NCBI GenBank assembly: GCA_963737065.1
Contig: CAVTRC010000001.1
Location: 2,144,001 to 2,208,000 of the forward strand
Origin: Candidatus Eremiobacteria bacterium
GTDB taxonomy: Bacteria; Vulcanimicrobiota; Vulcanimicrobiia; Vulcanimicrobiales; Vulcanimicrobiaceae
Reading direction: 5' to 3'
Length of the DNA stretch: 64,000 bases
The notes under the pieces are model-generated. The model saw only the letters and a program-made list of their open reading frames with translations, was not told where the DNA came from and made no database searches. Position 1 is the stretch's first letter. Every line of letters begins with the position of its first letter. Positions 38,974-51,736 of this stretch are shown here, one piece after another. Made by a program: the position numbers and the translations under genes.

Positions 38974-39330
38974 TTAACCCTGCGGTGGTTGACGTAGCCC
39001 GACGATCGAACCGTTCGGCTCTTTGACGCTCGCGACGAGCAGGCCGTAGCCGACGTTTTTGACGGGTTGCACGACCCTGCCGCCTGCGTCTTCCAAAGCC
39101 TTGATGCTCGCTTCAATGTCACTCACCGTCCAGTACGCGAGCGCGCCTTGCGCGTTATCGTCTTCGCTCGGCACGAGACCGATTTCCATATCGCTGTCGC
39201 TGCTTTTGTATCCGACGTACCGGGGACTATCGACGTAGGGGTCGCCTCCCATCAGCTCACGAAAGAATTGCTTCGCTTTGTCCACGTCTGCGACCGTATA
39301 GATGATTAGCGAGATGTCCTTCACTGTCAT
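38974..39330 (-). CDS. VOC/glyoxalase family protein
   Basis: IIYTVADVDKAKQFF...YWTVSDIEASIKAL..AGG...EPNGSIVGL; GAGGAG RBS. Confidence 0.88.
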   Translation of the reverse strand: MTVKDISLIIYTVADVDKAKQFFRELMGGDPYVDSPRYVGYKSSDSDMEIGLVPSEDDNAQGALAYWTVSDIEASIKALEDAGGRVVQPVKNVGYGLLVASVKEPNGSIVGLRQPPQG

Positions 39331-39363
39331 TACTCCTCTCATTTCCATGACAGATCGTACGCG

Positions 39364-40242
39364 GTGAAACGTGACAGCCTCGCCGAGCGCTTCGACGCGG
39401 CTCGCCCGCGCTTGCAGCGCATTGCGCAACGCATTTTGGGATCGGCTGCCGAATCCGACGATGCGCTGCAAGAGACCTGGCTTCGCATCAGCCGCGCCGA
39501 CACCGCCGCCGTCGCAAATGTTGACGGGTGGTTGACGACCGTTGTCGCGCGCGTCTGTTACAATGCGCTGAAATGGCGCGAGAGCCGCCGTGAAGACCTG
39601 CAGCCCGATGATCCTCGGCACGACGTTGAGGCGATCGCTTCCGGCGAACGGCCGGAAGAAGAAGCCGTACTCGCCGAGTCGGTCGGCGCAGCGTTATTGA
39701 TCCTGCTCGACACATTGACGCCGGCAGAGCGTGTGGCATTCGTATTGCACGATATGTTCGATGTACCGTTCGATGACATCGCAACAATCGTAGAGAAGAC
39801 GCCGGACGCGGCGCGGCAACTCGCGAGCCGCGCGCGGCGGCGCGTGCGCGGTGCGTCGGCCGATCGGGATGTCGGGACACAGCGCCACGACGAACTGGTG
39901 CGCGCATTCTTCGAAGCCTCACGCGCGGGCAATTTTATGGCACTGCTTTCGTTGCTCGACCCGGCCGTCACGCTTCGCGCAGATGCAGTCGTGGCTGCCA
40001 TTGGCGCGGCACCCGTCGTCTCGGGTGCGAACGCGGTGGCGGAGACGTTTATCGTTCGCTGGCGTGGCTCCGTCGCCGCGCAGCCCGCGCTTTTCGGCGA
40101 TGAACCGGCCGCCGTGTGGATGCACCACGGAAGTCCGCGCGTGCTCTTCCGTTTTACCGCTGATCGCAATCGCATCGTCAATATCGATTTGATCGGTGAT
40201 CCCGACGCGCTGCAGCGCGCGGTCGTCCGCACGCCGCTTTGA
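39364..40242 (+). CDS. ECF41/SigJ-type sigma factor with SnoaL-like C-terminal domain
   Basis: DDALQETWLR, WLTTVVARVC, LTPAERVAFVLHDMF, ARQLASRARRRV, LLDPAVTLRAD. Confidence 0.88.
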   Translation: MKRDSLAERFDAARPRLQRIAQRILGSAAESDDALQETWLRISRADTAAVANVDGWLTTVVARVCYNALKWRESRREDLQPDDPRHDVEAIASGERPEEEAVLAESVGAALLILLDTLTPAERVAFVLHDMFDVPFDDIATIVEKTPDAARQLASRARRRVRGASADRDVGTQRHDELVRAFFEASRAGNFMALLSLLDPAVTLRADAVVAAIGAAPVVSGANAVAETFIVRWRGSVAAQPALFGDEPAAVWMHHGSPRVLFRFTADRNRIVNIDLIGDPDALQRAVVRTPL

Positions 40243-40318
40243 TGGCGTTGCCTCTCCCGTGTGCGCGAGTGCGACCGTCGCTTGTTTCAAGACGCCAAAG
40301 TGCGCTACGGTGTAGCTG

Positions 40319-41200
40319 ATGAAGCAGTGTGTTCTCTTCGTTGCTTTTCTTGTGGCTGCCGTGTCGGCTTCGGCCGCGCCTGCGCCGGTTCAGTTTAACG
40401 TTCCATCCGTAGACACCATGATGGACTTTCATGGTAACCCGGCCGGGGCAGATCTTGTCGTATTTGCCGGTGGAAACGAATGGTTCGCATTGCCAAGCGT
40501 TTTTGCCGCGTTCCAGCGCGCGCATCCGGAAGTCCGCAGCATTTATTACGAGACGCTTCCACCCGGCGTCCTTGCGGAACAAATGCACGCGGGCGCCATT
40601 CGCGTGGGTGGATTGACGTTGACCGTAAAACCCGACGTGTATATCTCGGGCAAGAAGCGCATGCAAAAGGAGCAACGTGCAGGCGCAGTCGAGCGTGCGG
40701 TGCTCTTCGCGAGCAACGATCTCGCGATCATCGTAAGGAAGGGAAATCCCAAATCGATCCACAGCCTCTTAGATCTGGGCCGGGCCGACGTGCGCGTCGC
40801 AATGCCGAATCCGAAGACCGAAGGCATCGCGCGACAGATCGAGCTCGCATATAAAAAAGCCGGCGGTGATAGGCTCGTGCGTACGATCATGGTGGCGAAA
40901 GTGCGCAACGGCACGACAATCCTCACGTCAATTCATCATCGCGAAACGCCCGCGTGGGTCGCTCAAGGTAAGGTGGATGCGGGCCCGGTCTGGATCTCGG
41001 AAGCCCTCTATCAACAGCGTGTCCGAAGCGCAATCACGGTAATCCGCATTGCGCAACGCGTCAATGTCACCGGCCTGTATCTCGCCGCGATCGTGAAACA
41101 CGCGCCTCATCGACAAGCCGCGCACGCATTTACATCGTTTCTTACGAGTCCGCAAGCGCAGGCGATCTATCGTTCGTACGGGTTCAGTCGTCCTCTGTAA
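40319..41200 (+). CDS. molybdate ABC transporter substrate-binding-like protein
   Basis: Signal peptide, NDLAIIVRKGNPKSI.SL.DL, FLTSPQAQAIYRSYGF. Confidence 0.8.
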   Translation: MKQCVLFVAFLVAAVSASAAPAPVQFNVPSVDTMMDFHGNPAGADLVVFAGGNEWFALPSVFAAFQRAHPEVRSIYYETLPPGVLAEQMHAGAIRVGGLTLTVKPDVYISGKKRMQKEQRAGAVERAVLFASNDLAIIVRKGNPKSIHSLLDLGRADVRVAMPNPKTEGIARQIELAYKKAGGDRLVRTIMVAKVRNGTTILTSIHHRETPAWVAQGKVDAGPVWISEALYQQRVRSAITVIRIAQRVNVTGLYLAAIVKHAPHRQAAHAFTSFLTSPQAQAIYRSYGFSRPL

Positions 41201-41310
41201 CGTTGGTTACATTTGGTAGCGGAAGTTGATTCCAGTCAATCGACCAAAAAACCGGCGGATGTTACGATGAACAATATTGTGCGTATCCGCGAACGAAAAG
41301 GATTGAATGA

Positions 41311-41592
41311 ATGCCCGAATATAGCGACTTCCTGAACCAACTCGCCGACCGTATCCACCATCGAGCAAAGGAACGCGACGTTCGCGGCATGTATCGCCTG
41401 GCAAATGTATGGCGTCTCAACGGCGCGGAAGCCAGCATCACGCGCGATCCCTCATCAAGCGATCTTGTCATACAGTTCCGTTGCGGTCCGGACGCATCGC
41501 GCTTTTCGTATCTGAAAGCTGATGGTCTCGACTCGACCGCCGATGCAATGATCGAGAGGCTCGACTGGCTGCGGCATACAGCACTGCAGTAA
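41311..41592 (+). CDS. hypothetical protein
   Basis: 93 aa ORF with an upstream AAGGA. Confidence 0.5.
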   Translation: MPEYSDFLNQLADRIHHRAKERDVRGMYRLANVWRLNGAEASITRDPSSSDLVIQFRCGPDASRFSYLKADGLDSTADAMIERLDWLRHTALQ

Positions 41593-41648
41593 AAGCGCGG
41601 CGGGAAATCGCAGCCACGTCACGACGCGAGCGATCGGGAGGGTAGATC

Positions 41649-42341
41649 GTGCACCGCGTATTCTTTCTCGTGGCCGTTTTTACGTTATTTATGCCGGTCG
41701 GCGGCGGTGCGGCAACTGCGCCGATCACAATCAATTCGTGTCAGCCGATCCTCCACAACAACCGGTTTGACACACCGGCGCCCAACACGCTGAGCGGCAT
41801 ACTGCAGCCCTCCACGAGCAACGGGATGCAGATCCAGTTCACGAACGAAACGAATAAGGTCGCGAACCTGATCAATTTCGACGTTCGCTCGAACGGCGTG
41901 CAGTTCGTCATTCGCGACGTCGGCACGTTCTCGCCGGGCGTTACGATCAACCACAACTATCGCAACGGCGCCGGACAAGCGTTCGTACTTCCGGCATTCA
42001 TTCCGCCGCACGTCAAATGCCACATTTCATTGGTGCGTTTTACCGATGGAACGACATGGCCGGCGAAGGATGACGTGGCTCCAACAACGGCATTGCGTGC
42101 GAATCCGTCATCCGTGACGATGACGATGGATACCGACTCGACGCTCGTCATGGTGTCGACGACCGGTTCGGTCGGCGGATTCAGCGAGAAGAACGATTGC
42201 AGTCGCATCGCGGCAATCAGCGTAGCGACCACATCACAAGCCTCGGCGGTTTACGTCATCCGTCCGATCGCGAAGGGCACGTGTACGTTCCATGTTAGCG
42301 ACGCGAGCCGAACGATCGACGTGCCGGTGACGATTCAGTAG
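41649..42341 (+). CDS. secreted hypothetical protein
   Basis: Signal peptide, IRDVGTFSPG.TI.H and V.F.DGT.W motifs, Ig-like tail. Confidence 0.7.
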   Translation: MHRVFFLVAVFTLFMPVGGGAATAPITINSCQPILHNNRFDTPAPNTLSGILQPSTSNGMQIQFTNETNKVANLINFDVRSNGVQFVIRDVGTFSPGVTINHNYRNGAGQAFVLPAFIPPHVKCHISLVRFTDGTTWPAKDDVAPTTALRANPSSVTMTMDTDSTLVMVSTTGSVGGFSEKNDCSRIAAISVATTSQASAVYVIRPIAKGTCTFHVSDASRTIDVPVTIQ

Positions 42342-42357
42342 TCCGCGTCGCTTTTGC

Positions 42358-43932
42358 TTGGCGTCACGCCGGCTGCAAACGTCGATCTCGCGCCGTATTC
42401 GCATCCACACTGCCCTCAACGCCGAACTGGTGTACCGTCCGCGCTTTGGTCGATCGTTCAATCTGTATGCTCGCGGGCGGTTCGTCAACGAGGAAATGCA
42501 GATTGGATTTGTCGATGAGTCTGTGCCAAGAATCAGCCCTTCTGATGTTCTTGTCGGAATTAGCGGCGGGCGCTTCACCCTATGGCACTCGAGAGACGGC
42601 CGCCAGATTCGCTTGCGCGAATCGCACTTACTCTACGCCCTCCGATGGGCGCCGAACCTTATCCAATTCCTGACACTGCTGACGAACGATAGAATAATTT
42701 CGCCGAACCATATGCGATGGGGTCCCCTCAACGCTTTGCCCTTCTTGCCGCGGTTGACAAAAGGTCGCCTCGTCCTATCTCCAGCATTTTGGCTACTTGA
42801 CCTTGCAGCGTTCCGTTCGTCCGCGGACAGATTCGCATGGCTTCAGGAATTCGCTCAGCGCTGGAAGATGCCGCAGTATTGCCTCTTCACTCAAGGCGAC
42901 AAGACGCTTCCCATAAAAATTGATTCTCCGTTCGCCGTGGAAACAATTGATCGTGCATCGGTGGGAAACGAGGTGGCGGTAATTCAAGAGTGGTTTCCAA
43001 ATCCCGAAAGCGGATGGCTTAAGGGTGGTGACAGCCATTACAATGCAGAGCTTGTTGCAAGTTTTGTACGCGCGCGTAACATTGAACCATCGCCACGACG
43101 CCCCGCTATTCGTTTCAATCGCGTAGATCGTCAGAAGTTACCCTCGTCTGATTGGACAGCTGTTCGGATCTTTTGCGGCCAGTCGCAGACCGACAGAGTG
43201 CTCGAAGTACTGCACAATCACATCTCGGAGGTGCGAAAAGGGCCGCACTTTCGCAAATGGTTCTTCGTACGATACAACGCTCCAAGGTACCATCTGCGTG
43301 TACGCATACAAGCTCGCGATTGTGATGCCCGCGGCATCATCATGGCCGGAATCATGCAGGTATGCGACGAGGTAATCGCATCCGGTTTGGCAGACGAATA
43401 TGAGTTCTTCACCTACAATCGTGAACTCGAGAGGTACGGGGGGACGGCCTCGATTCCGGTTGTTGAATCGATATTCCACAAGAACAGCGAACTAGTAATT
43501 GCTGCGATGGCTTCTTGCAAATCGGACGGCGAACGGTTGAAGTGGTCCGCTTATCACGCTGCTCTCGTCATCCAGGGCCTTTTGACTCCTACTGAACTTG
43601 GCGAATGGGTGCGTAACCAACGGCGGCACTATAGGCTCGACACGTCGGAACGACAATTTGTAAGAGCGCTAGCACCGCTTAAGCAGGACAGGGCAACGCG
43701 AAGGTTCACTCGGGAAGCAAATCTGCTCGCACGTCTGGAACGCGAGGGCCATCTCTTAGTGTCGCGCGCGGAAATCATTTCATCCGTGCTTCACATCCAC
43801 TTCAACCGCTTCGGGATTATTGATGAAGAGGGTCGCGCGAGAGCCATCGCTTTCGCCCTCCTTGCTTCTTCCACGGAACGACGTCCAGCTTCGGAGGAAG
43901 TCACTGACCGTGAAGCTGTGACTGTATCGTAA
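42358..43932 (+). pseudogene. 5'-truncated class I lanthipeptide dehydratase (LanB): end of the glutamylation domain plus the elimination domain
   Basis: FLPRL..GRLVLSPA.W, GDK.LP; WFFVRY..P.YHLRVR, YNRELERYGG, LHIHFNR. About half the usual length, with a weak TTG start. Confidence 0.8.
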
Positions 43933-43940
43933 GGACATCA

Positions 43941-45524
43941 ATGAACATTGTATCCTGGCTTGCAGCTTTTATTTTCGCCGTCGCGGCTGTAATGGACAAT
44001 CCCTCCATCCCTCAAGTATCGTCGGTGGCAGTTCCATCAGCCGAAATCAAAGCAGATAATGCGCGTTGGACGGCGCTTGGTGTAAAGCTCCCACCGCCAG
44101 GAATTGTTGAGCCGCGCCCATATGGAACGCCTTATTCTGCGCGGTCTTTCGTGGTACCGTGGGCATGGTATCAGTCGTTTTATCAACAGCTGCATGATGA
44201 GGATGACGCGCAAGTACGCGCGTCGGATCTGCGAGCCGACCTTCCGCTCCTGCAATTCTTGATGCAGAGAACCTATGCCGGCTACGAGACTGCCGCATCT
44301 AAGGGCTGGAACTGGAACGACTGGTTTGAATCGTGGGACAGACATCTTGGTGAATACGGCGACCGATCCCTAACCCTGCACGAAGCGTTTGATCCTTGGG
44401 GGAACCTCGAGACCTTCCAGTTGGACAACCACTCCGGTGTGGCGTCCCTTCAGGATTTCATCAGCGGTTCTGTCAGCGCTCTACTGTCTGGCAAACCCGC
44501 TGGCGCTTGCACCGACCTCAGGATGGACTCCGGCTCGCAACGCCAGCTTCACGTTCACGACCTTGGACAACAGCCGCATGAAGTCCACGGATGGTCCGGT
44601 TCCACTTGGTACAACGCAACATACATCAGCTATCCGGCGCGTGATGGAGTCGCAGCGTCAATTACGTGTGCTGGACGTGCTATAGCGGTCCACGATGTGA
44701 GTACCCGCGCTACAGCATCCAATCGCGAAAACGTCCTTTATCTCAGTGGGACACCGTCATACAAGCTCCTCGGATCGCGCATCGCTCTTGTTCGGCTGCC
44801 GACGTTTACAGTAGCTAACGACAATGCAATTACACGGTTATTGAACAATCAGGCCGGCGTCGGAACCGAGAAGGCCGTGATCTTCGATCTCCGGGGAAAC
44901 GAAGGCGGCAACGCCCCAACGAGCATTCTAAAGCATTGGATTAGCGCTGACGCTCTTCGTAGCGCCTCAGGCAGTCACGAGCAGGTTTCTTCAGATTCGT
45001 GCTTTGCGAACGCCCTCTATTTTAATCTGCAGGAGCAACTGTCGGCGAACCTGTCGCCTCCGGTGAACGCGCAGACGCGAGCGTTTCTACAATCGATGGT
45101 TGATTCACTCGACTATCCTAACAACAACGATTGCCAAGTGAAGCCCTCGATAACGACTAAGGGTCCGGCATTAAAGGACCATGTGTTTGAAACGTCCACG
45201 CCCGTAAGCCGTACCCGGCTTATTGCTTTAGTCGATAACGGTTGCGGAAGCGACTGCGAGTATTTTACTAAGGTCGTAGCGGCCCTTCCGGGAAGTGTGA
45301 TTGCCGGTACAAGCACCTACGGCGTGATGGGATTTACGCAACCTGGCTATTTCGTTCTTCCGCATTCGCGCGTCGTATTTAGGCTCGCGCTAAGCCGCAC
45401 CGACAACTACGGCGACAGTCGTTCTGTCGACGGTTACGGCATTGCTGTGGACGTGCTACTGGCAACCACTGACGCTGAGTCCGACGCGTCGTTATACAAG
45501 CTAGCACAAGCGCTATTGCGCTAA
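43941..45524 (+). CDS. secreted S41 family peptidase
   Basis: Signal peptide, IFDLRGNEGG, LVDNGCGSDCE, IAGTSTYG, GYGIAVDV. Confidence 0.82.
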   Translation: MNIVSWLAAFIFAVAAVMDNPSIPQVSSVAVPSAEIKADNARWTALGVKLPPPGIVEPRPYGTPYSARSFVVPWAWYQSFYQQLHDEDDAQVRASDLRADLPLLQFLMQRTYAGYETAASKGWNWNDWFESWDRHLGEYGDRSLTLHEAFDPWGNLETFQLDNHSGVASLQDFISGSVSALLSGKPAGACTDLRMDSGSQRQLHVHDLGQQPHEVHGWSGSTWYNATYISYPARDGVAASITCAGRAIAVHDVSTRATASNRENVLYLSGTPSYKLLGSRIALVRLPTFTVANDNAITRLLNNQAGVGTEKAVIFDLRGNEGGNAPTSILKHWISADALRSASGSHEQVSSDSCFANALYFNLQEQLSANLSPPVNAQTRAFLQSMVDSLDYPNNNDCQVKPSITTKGPALKDHVFETSTPVSRTRLIALVDNGCGSDCEYFTKVVAALPGSVIAGTSTYGVMGFTQPGYFVLPHSRVVFRLALSRTDNYGDSRSVDGYGIAVDVLLATTDAESDASLYKLAQALLR

Positions 45525-47027
45525 CTTTACGTCGCGCGATCCGCACCGCACATATTGCCATAAGAGCGCGAGTGAGTCTCATATGCAGAGGCGAGGACGA
45601 GCACACCGTAAGGATCAGCATAGCAATCGTCCACTTGTTTCGTCGATTCACAGGCGCGCAAGTTACGACGGCTTCTTTGGCTGTCTAACGCCGAGGTCGC
45701 ACACCTAGAAGGTTTGACGATGTAAATGCGATTTTGCGTGTATGGGCGATGAGCACTAGATTGCGCACCGGCGAGAAAACAGCATTGGTGCGTCGACTCG
45801 TCGTTTAAAGCATTTCAAGATAACGGGTACCGGCTTTACGGTCGGTAAACGAGCGAAATGCCTTCGAAGCCTTTAAGATCACTCTAGATAAGCGATCCGA
45901 GTTTCCATTACTGCGATGAATGTAATGAAATAGCGCTCTGCCGAGCTCGTTCCTCACCACAACAGAACGCACGGTCGCATGGCCTCCGTCCCCTCGTTCG
46001 GGCTCATTGGTGCTATCGCGGGTCGCGGCGGTGCCGAACTAGCGCTGTGAAAGTTTCGCCGGCAGTCGTGAGTGGCGCGGAGCCGCACGCTACTTCCGGC
46101 GATCGCGGATGCACGTGTGGGTGAACTTCCGTACCTATTACGTAACGCGCGCGTGGATGCATGACCCGCGCCGCCCAGCTTGGCTCGAAAATCCTCGCGG
46201 GGAAAGACGTCGGCGGACATCCCGTCTTCACCCGAGTGAGGGGAAGCAGTCACGATGCGTTCTGTTGGCGTGAATTAAGGCATCTGGCGATTGGTAGTGA
46301 GGTTCGTCGAAGTCGATGATGCAGGCGCTTGCTGCTGCGCGTCGCGCACCGCTGACTTCGTCGCTTCATTCGTATGGGAGTTCGAATCGTGGTTTACCTG
46401 ACGCTGGGAGCTTTTATCGTCGCTGGCGTGCTGCTCGGTCACTTTTGGGCGCGCCTCGGCCGCGACGAGTTGTGGATGCGCGGCGGCATCGGCACGCCGC
46501 TGGTCATGATGATCGCCGCTGCGCCGATCGCGGTGAAGTGCTGGTTCATCCTCCATGCCAATGACAGCAACGTCGTGCTTGAAGCCCACGCTGCACATCG
46601 AAGCGCGTCAAGTGCGTTACACTGTCAGCCAGGGCGATTACGCGCTGGTCTGTACGCGGCGCCGTCGCAGCGTCGTCGTTCATTGTCCCTCTTTCATTCA
46701 CGTTGGGCACTGTCCACGACATGGAACTATTCGATATCGCGTGGCAAGCGCAACTTATCTACAGTCCCGAACAGTCCCCAATAGCGATTCGTTTGGAGAA
46801 TTTGAAGTGCGGGGCGAGTTGAATTGGCTCGCGCGCTCAAACTAGCGACTCTCGCTGTTACAACCTGTGGGCATGAGGTACATTGGCGTGACATCAAGCC
46901 CTTGTCGCCAGAGGCCGTCGCCGAACCACTCGGCCTAGACTAAGGCAGTTAGGGAGCAAAGCAGTCGAATTGCCATGGTCTAGACGGGCCCCAAGGGCCA
47001 GGTGCCTTGCACCGCGAGGAAGGGATA

Positions 47028-47070
47028 TTGCGTCCTCCCAATTTGGAGGATATAATCTCCACATTAGGAG
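47028..47070 (+). promoter_or_regulatory. sigma70 promoter with two CTCC-N6-GGAG operators
   Basis: TTGCGT-N17-TATAAT(47051-47056); TCCTCC-CAATTT-GGAGGA and CTCC-ACATTA-GGAG. Confidence 0.7.
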
Positions 47071-47082
47071 AGAAGTGGTCAA

Positions 47083-47511
47083 ATGGCTCTGATATACCCA
47101 GAGACCCGGTATGCGCCGCCGGACCTGGCCGACATCGCCGACGATGCCAATCGCGAGCGCCTAAGCCCAGCTGCCCTCGCGGCATTCTTCAATATAGTTG
47201 ACGCTTGGAAAATTGCCGCCGAGGACGCGATGCGTCTTCTCGGCGGAATGTCGAGCAGCACGTATTATAATCTGAAGAAGACGCCTAGGACTCTTGACGT
47301 TGATACGCTTCTTCGAACGTCGTACCTCGTCGGAATATACAAGGCGTTACACTTACTCCATTCGGATGCACTTGCAGATCGTTGGGTGCAGCTTCAGAAC
47401 CGAAACCCTATTTTCAAAGGGTCTACGCCGCTCGAATATATGATCCACGGCGGCATCCCAGCATTTCAGATAGTACGCCGACTTCTTGACGCGCGTCGCG
47501 GTGGCGTCTAA
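47083..47511 (+). CDS. Xre/MbcA/ParS family antitoxin
   Basis: HTH LLGGMSSSTYY; WV...N.NPIF.G.TPLEYM..GG; LLDARRGG. Confidence 0.9.
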   Translation: MALIYPETRYAPPDLADIADDANRERLSPAALAAFFNIVDAWKIAAEDAMRLLGGMSSSTYYNLKKTPRTLDVDTLLRTSYLVGIYKALHLLHSDALADRWVQLQNRNPIFKGSTPLEYMIHGGIPAFQIVRRLLDARRGGV

Positions 47512-48184
47512 ACTTCCACCGACGACGCTCGTTAGGGCAAACGATACGCATCCGCTCATACCGACGCGGTTCGAAAACAGTGTGCTCGCAAAAATTGCCA
47601 ATTCAGACGAACATCTCGCCGCTATATTTGAACTCGATAATGCTACGAACGACCGGCTTTTAGCTGAAAATGGCTTCCTTCCAGGAATAGGGATCCACGA
47701 GCTCCTCTTCGGAGTGCCATATTACCGCATCGTTAACGCGGCGTTCACTCATGCCCATCCGCTTGGAAGCCGTTTCAATGGCCCGGATCGTGGAGCATGG
47801 TATGCCTCGTTCGCGATCGAGACGGCGCATGCAGAAGTTGCATATCACAAGACGCTGGAATTGGCTGAGATCGGCGTGTATGACGACGAGGTAACGTATC
47901 GCGATTATTTGGCCGATTTTAGCGCCGATTTGCACGATTTGCGTCTAGGCGATCCTGCGTTCACACCGTGCTTGCACCCTGACAAATATACCGATAGCCA
48001 AGACCTCGCGCGCGATTTGCTGTCGGTCGGCGCAATTGGCGTTGTCTATCCGAGCGTTCGGCATAAGGGCGGTACATGCATCGCGTGCTTTCGCCCCGCC
48101 GTCGTATCAAACGTTCGGGAATCAAAGGTTTACCGCTTCTCTTGGACTGGAACGACGACGCCCGCAATTGAAGAAGTTACCTAA
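47501..48184 (+). CDS. RES family NAD+ phosphorylase toxin
   Basis: GSRFN...GAWYA...TA.AEVAYH, Y..SQ, YPSVRH..G.CIA.FRP. Confidence 0.9.
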   Translation: MASKLPPTTLVRANDTHPLIPTRFENSVLAKIANSDEHLAAIFELDNATNDRLLAENGFLPGIGIHELLFGVPYYRIVNAAFTHAHPLGSRFNGPDRGAWYASFAIETAHAEVAYHKTLELAEIGVYDDEVTYRDYLADFSADLHDLRLGDPAFTPCLHPDKYTDSQDLARDLLSVGAIGVVYPSVRHKGGTCIACFRPAVVSNVRESKVYRFSWTGTTTPAIEEVT

Positions 48185-48317
48185 CTGAACCCGCCACTAA
48201 AACGCGGCATCGACTACTCCCAACTTGCGCTTTTCCTTTATACGTGATACGCGCCCGTACGCCATGGACGCATACTCGCAATGCTCCACCGACAGTCGAG
48301 CAATTTCTTCTTGATTC

Positions 48318-48512
48318 TTACGTGTATCCGCCTGCCTTGATCGCATCGAGCGCATCGATTAGCGGTCCAGCGCCGTCAAGTGCCAACACATCGATCGGTC
48401 GAGCTCCGTTTAAATGCGGTTCTCGCCCCACGAACCAACGTAGTGCTATTTCGGGGGTGAAAATGCGGAGCGCCCTTGCGCACGCTGCATCGATGTCCGA
48501 CTCAGAAGAAAA
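48318..48512 (-). pseudogene. C-terminal remnant of an MbcA/ParS (DUF2384-type) antitoxin
   Basis: Manual translation ARALRIFTPEIALRWFVGREPHLNGARPIDVLALDGAGPLIDALDAIKAGGYT*; no start codon. Confidence 0.65.
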
Positions 48513-48750
48513 TTATCAACGGTAAGGTTGGCCTTCTGAACCTCGCCAAGCAATTGGGTAACGTTAGCGAGGCATGCAAGGTCATGCGGTACAGCCGCGA
48601 TACGTTCTATCGTATTCGTTGATATGTACGAGATTGGAGACGAAATGGCGCTGCTCGAGATCACCCAACGAACGCCGAACCGAAAGAACCGTTTGGCACC
48701 GGATGGTTGAGGGAATTGTTACGCTTGCGATCGAAGCAGCCGTCGTACGA
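48499..48750 (+). mobile_element. IS481-family transposase remnant (N-terminal HTH)
   Basis: QKKIINGKVGLLNLAKQLGNVSEACKVMRYSRDTFYR...PNRKNRL; frameshifted and truncated. Confidence 0.75.
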
Positions 48751-48754
48751 GGCA

Positions 48755-49571
48755 GGTCCCGCAAACACGCAAGCCGAAGAGGAAAATCCGATCCACCGAC
48801 GCTCGAGCGAATGCCGAAGAGTTCTGCGCGAATCCGATCGCTTGCGGCGTTGCGAACGTCTGGATGAACAGGAAGCAGTCCGGTTACGTTATGATCGCCG
48901 CGATCGACTTGTGCGACAGCGGACGGAGGCTGTAAATCGGCTGCGGGATGCCGCATTGCGGCTGGCGATTGGACCGCTGCCCTCGAACATGACGACCGAA
49001 ATTGCATTGCAGAATGCAGCAGATCTTCTAAGCGGTCATCGCGGTAAGAGGTATACCGGCGATGCGCTTGCTGATGAGATCGACGAGGCGATCTCGGAAA
49101 TCCGCCGGCTCAATGCTGCAGTGAATGCAGCTGGAACGCCAACTGCGCCCTTTCGTTAAGCGCCTTGCGCCCGAATTGCTGGAGCTTCGAGGCGTTTCTA
49201 TTGTCGTTGCTGCCGGGATCGTTGGGCATGCCGGCAATATTCGCATGTATCGCAATGCCGCGAGCTTCGCGATGCGCGCCGGGGCGGCGCCCGTTCCGTG
49301 TTCGAGCGGTCGCAACGCGAGCGTCCGTGTCAACACCGGTGGTGATCGTCAGCTCAATCGATTACTCCATGTTATTGCGTTGGTCCAAAACCGCACGCGC
49401 AATCATCCGGGCCAACTCTATTATGCGCGTAAGCGAGCTGAGGGCAAGACGCATCGAGCTGCGATGCGTTCTCACAAACGGCAGCTGGCAACGGTTGTGT
49501 TTTATCGGTTGCAACCGATGCAAGACCGACTTGCGCGCAATAGTCAGAATAGTATTGAAGTCGCCGCCTAA
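48755..49571 (+). mobile_element. IS110-family transposase remnant
   Basis: RGKSDP, RRDRLVRQRTEAVNRL, GAAPVPCSSG, GGDRQLNRLLH, RKRAEGKTHRAAMR; N-terminus lost, frameshifted. Confidence 0.8.
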
Positions 49572-49605
49572 CAGAGTTGACTAAGCCGTTCCGCCTGATC
49601 TGACG

Positions 49606-49619
49606 CGAACGTAAGTTCG
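49606..49619. promoter_or_regulatory. LexA box at the istA start
   Basis: CGAAC-GTAA-GTTCG, ending 2 nt before ATG 49622. Confidence 0.6.
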
Positions 49620-49621
49620 TG

Positions 49622-51734
<2,113 letters not shown>

Positions 51735-51736
51735 CG

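Noticed and set aside
45379..45651. Cys-containing ORF as a lanthipeptide precursor
   Set aside because: Antisense overlap with the S41 gene, no leader-like acidic or FxLD region, Arg-rich shadow-ORF composition
46374..46845. Membrane-protein ORF pieces
   Set aside because: Probably a decayed gene; no family recognisable
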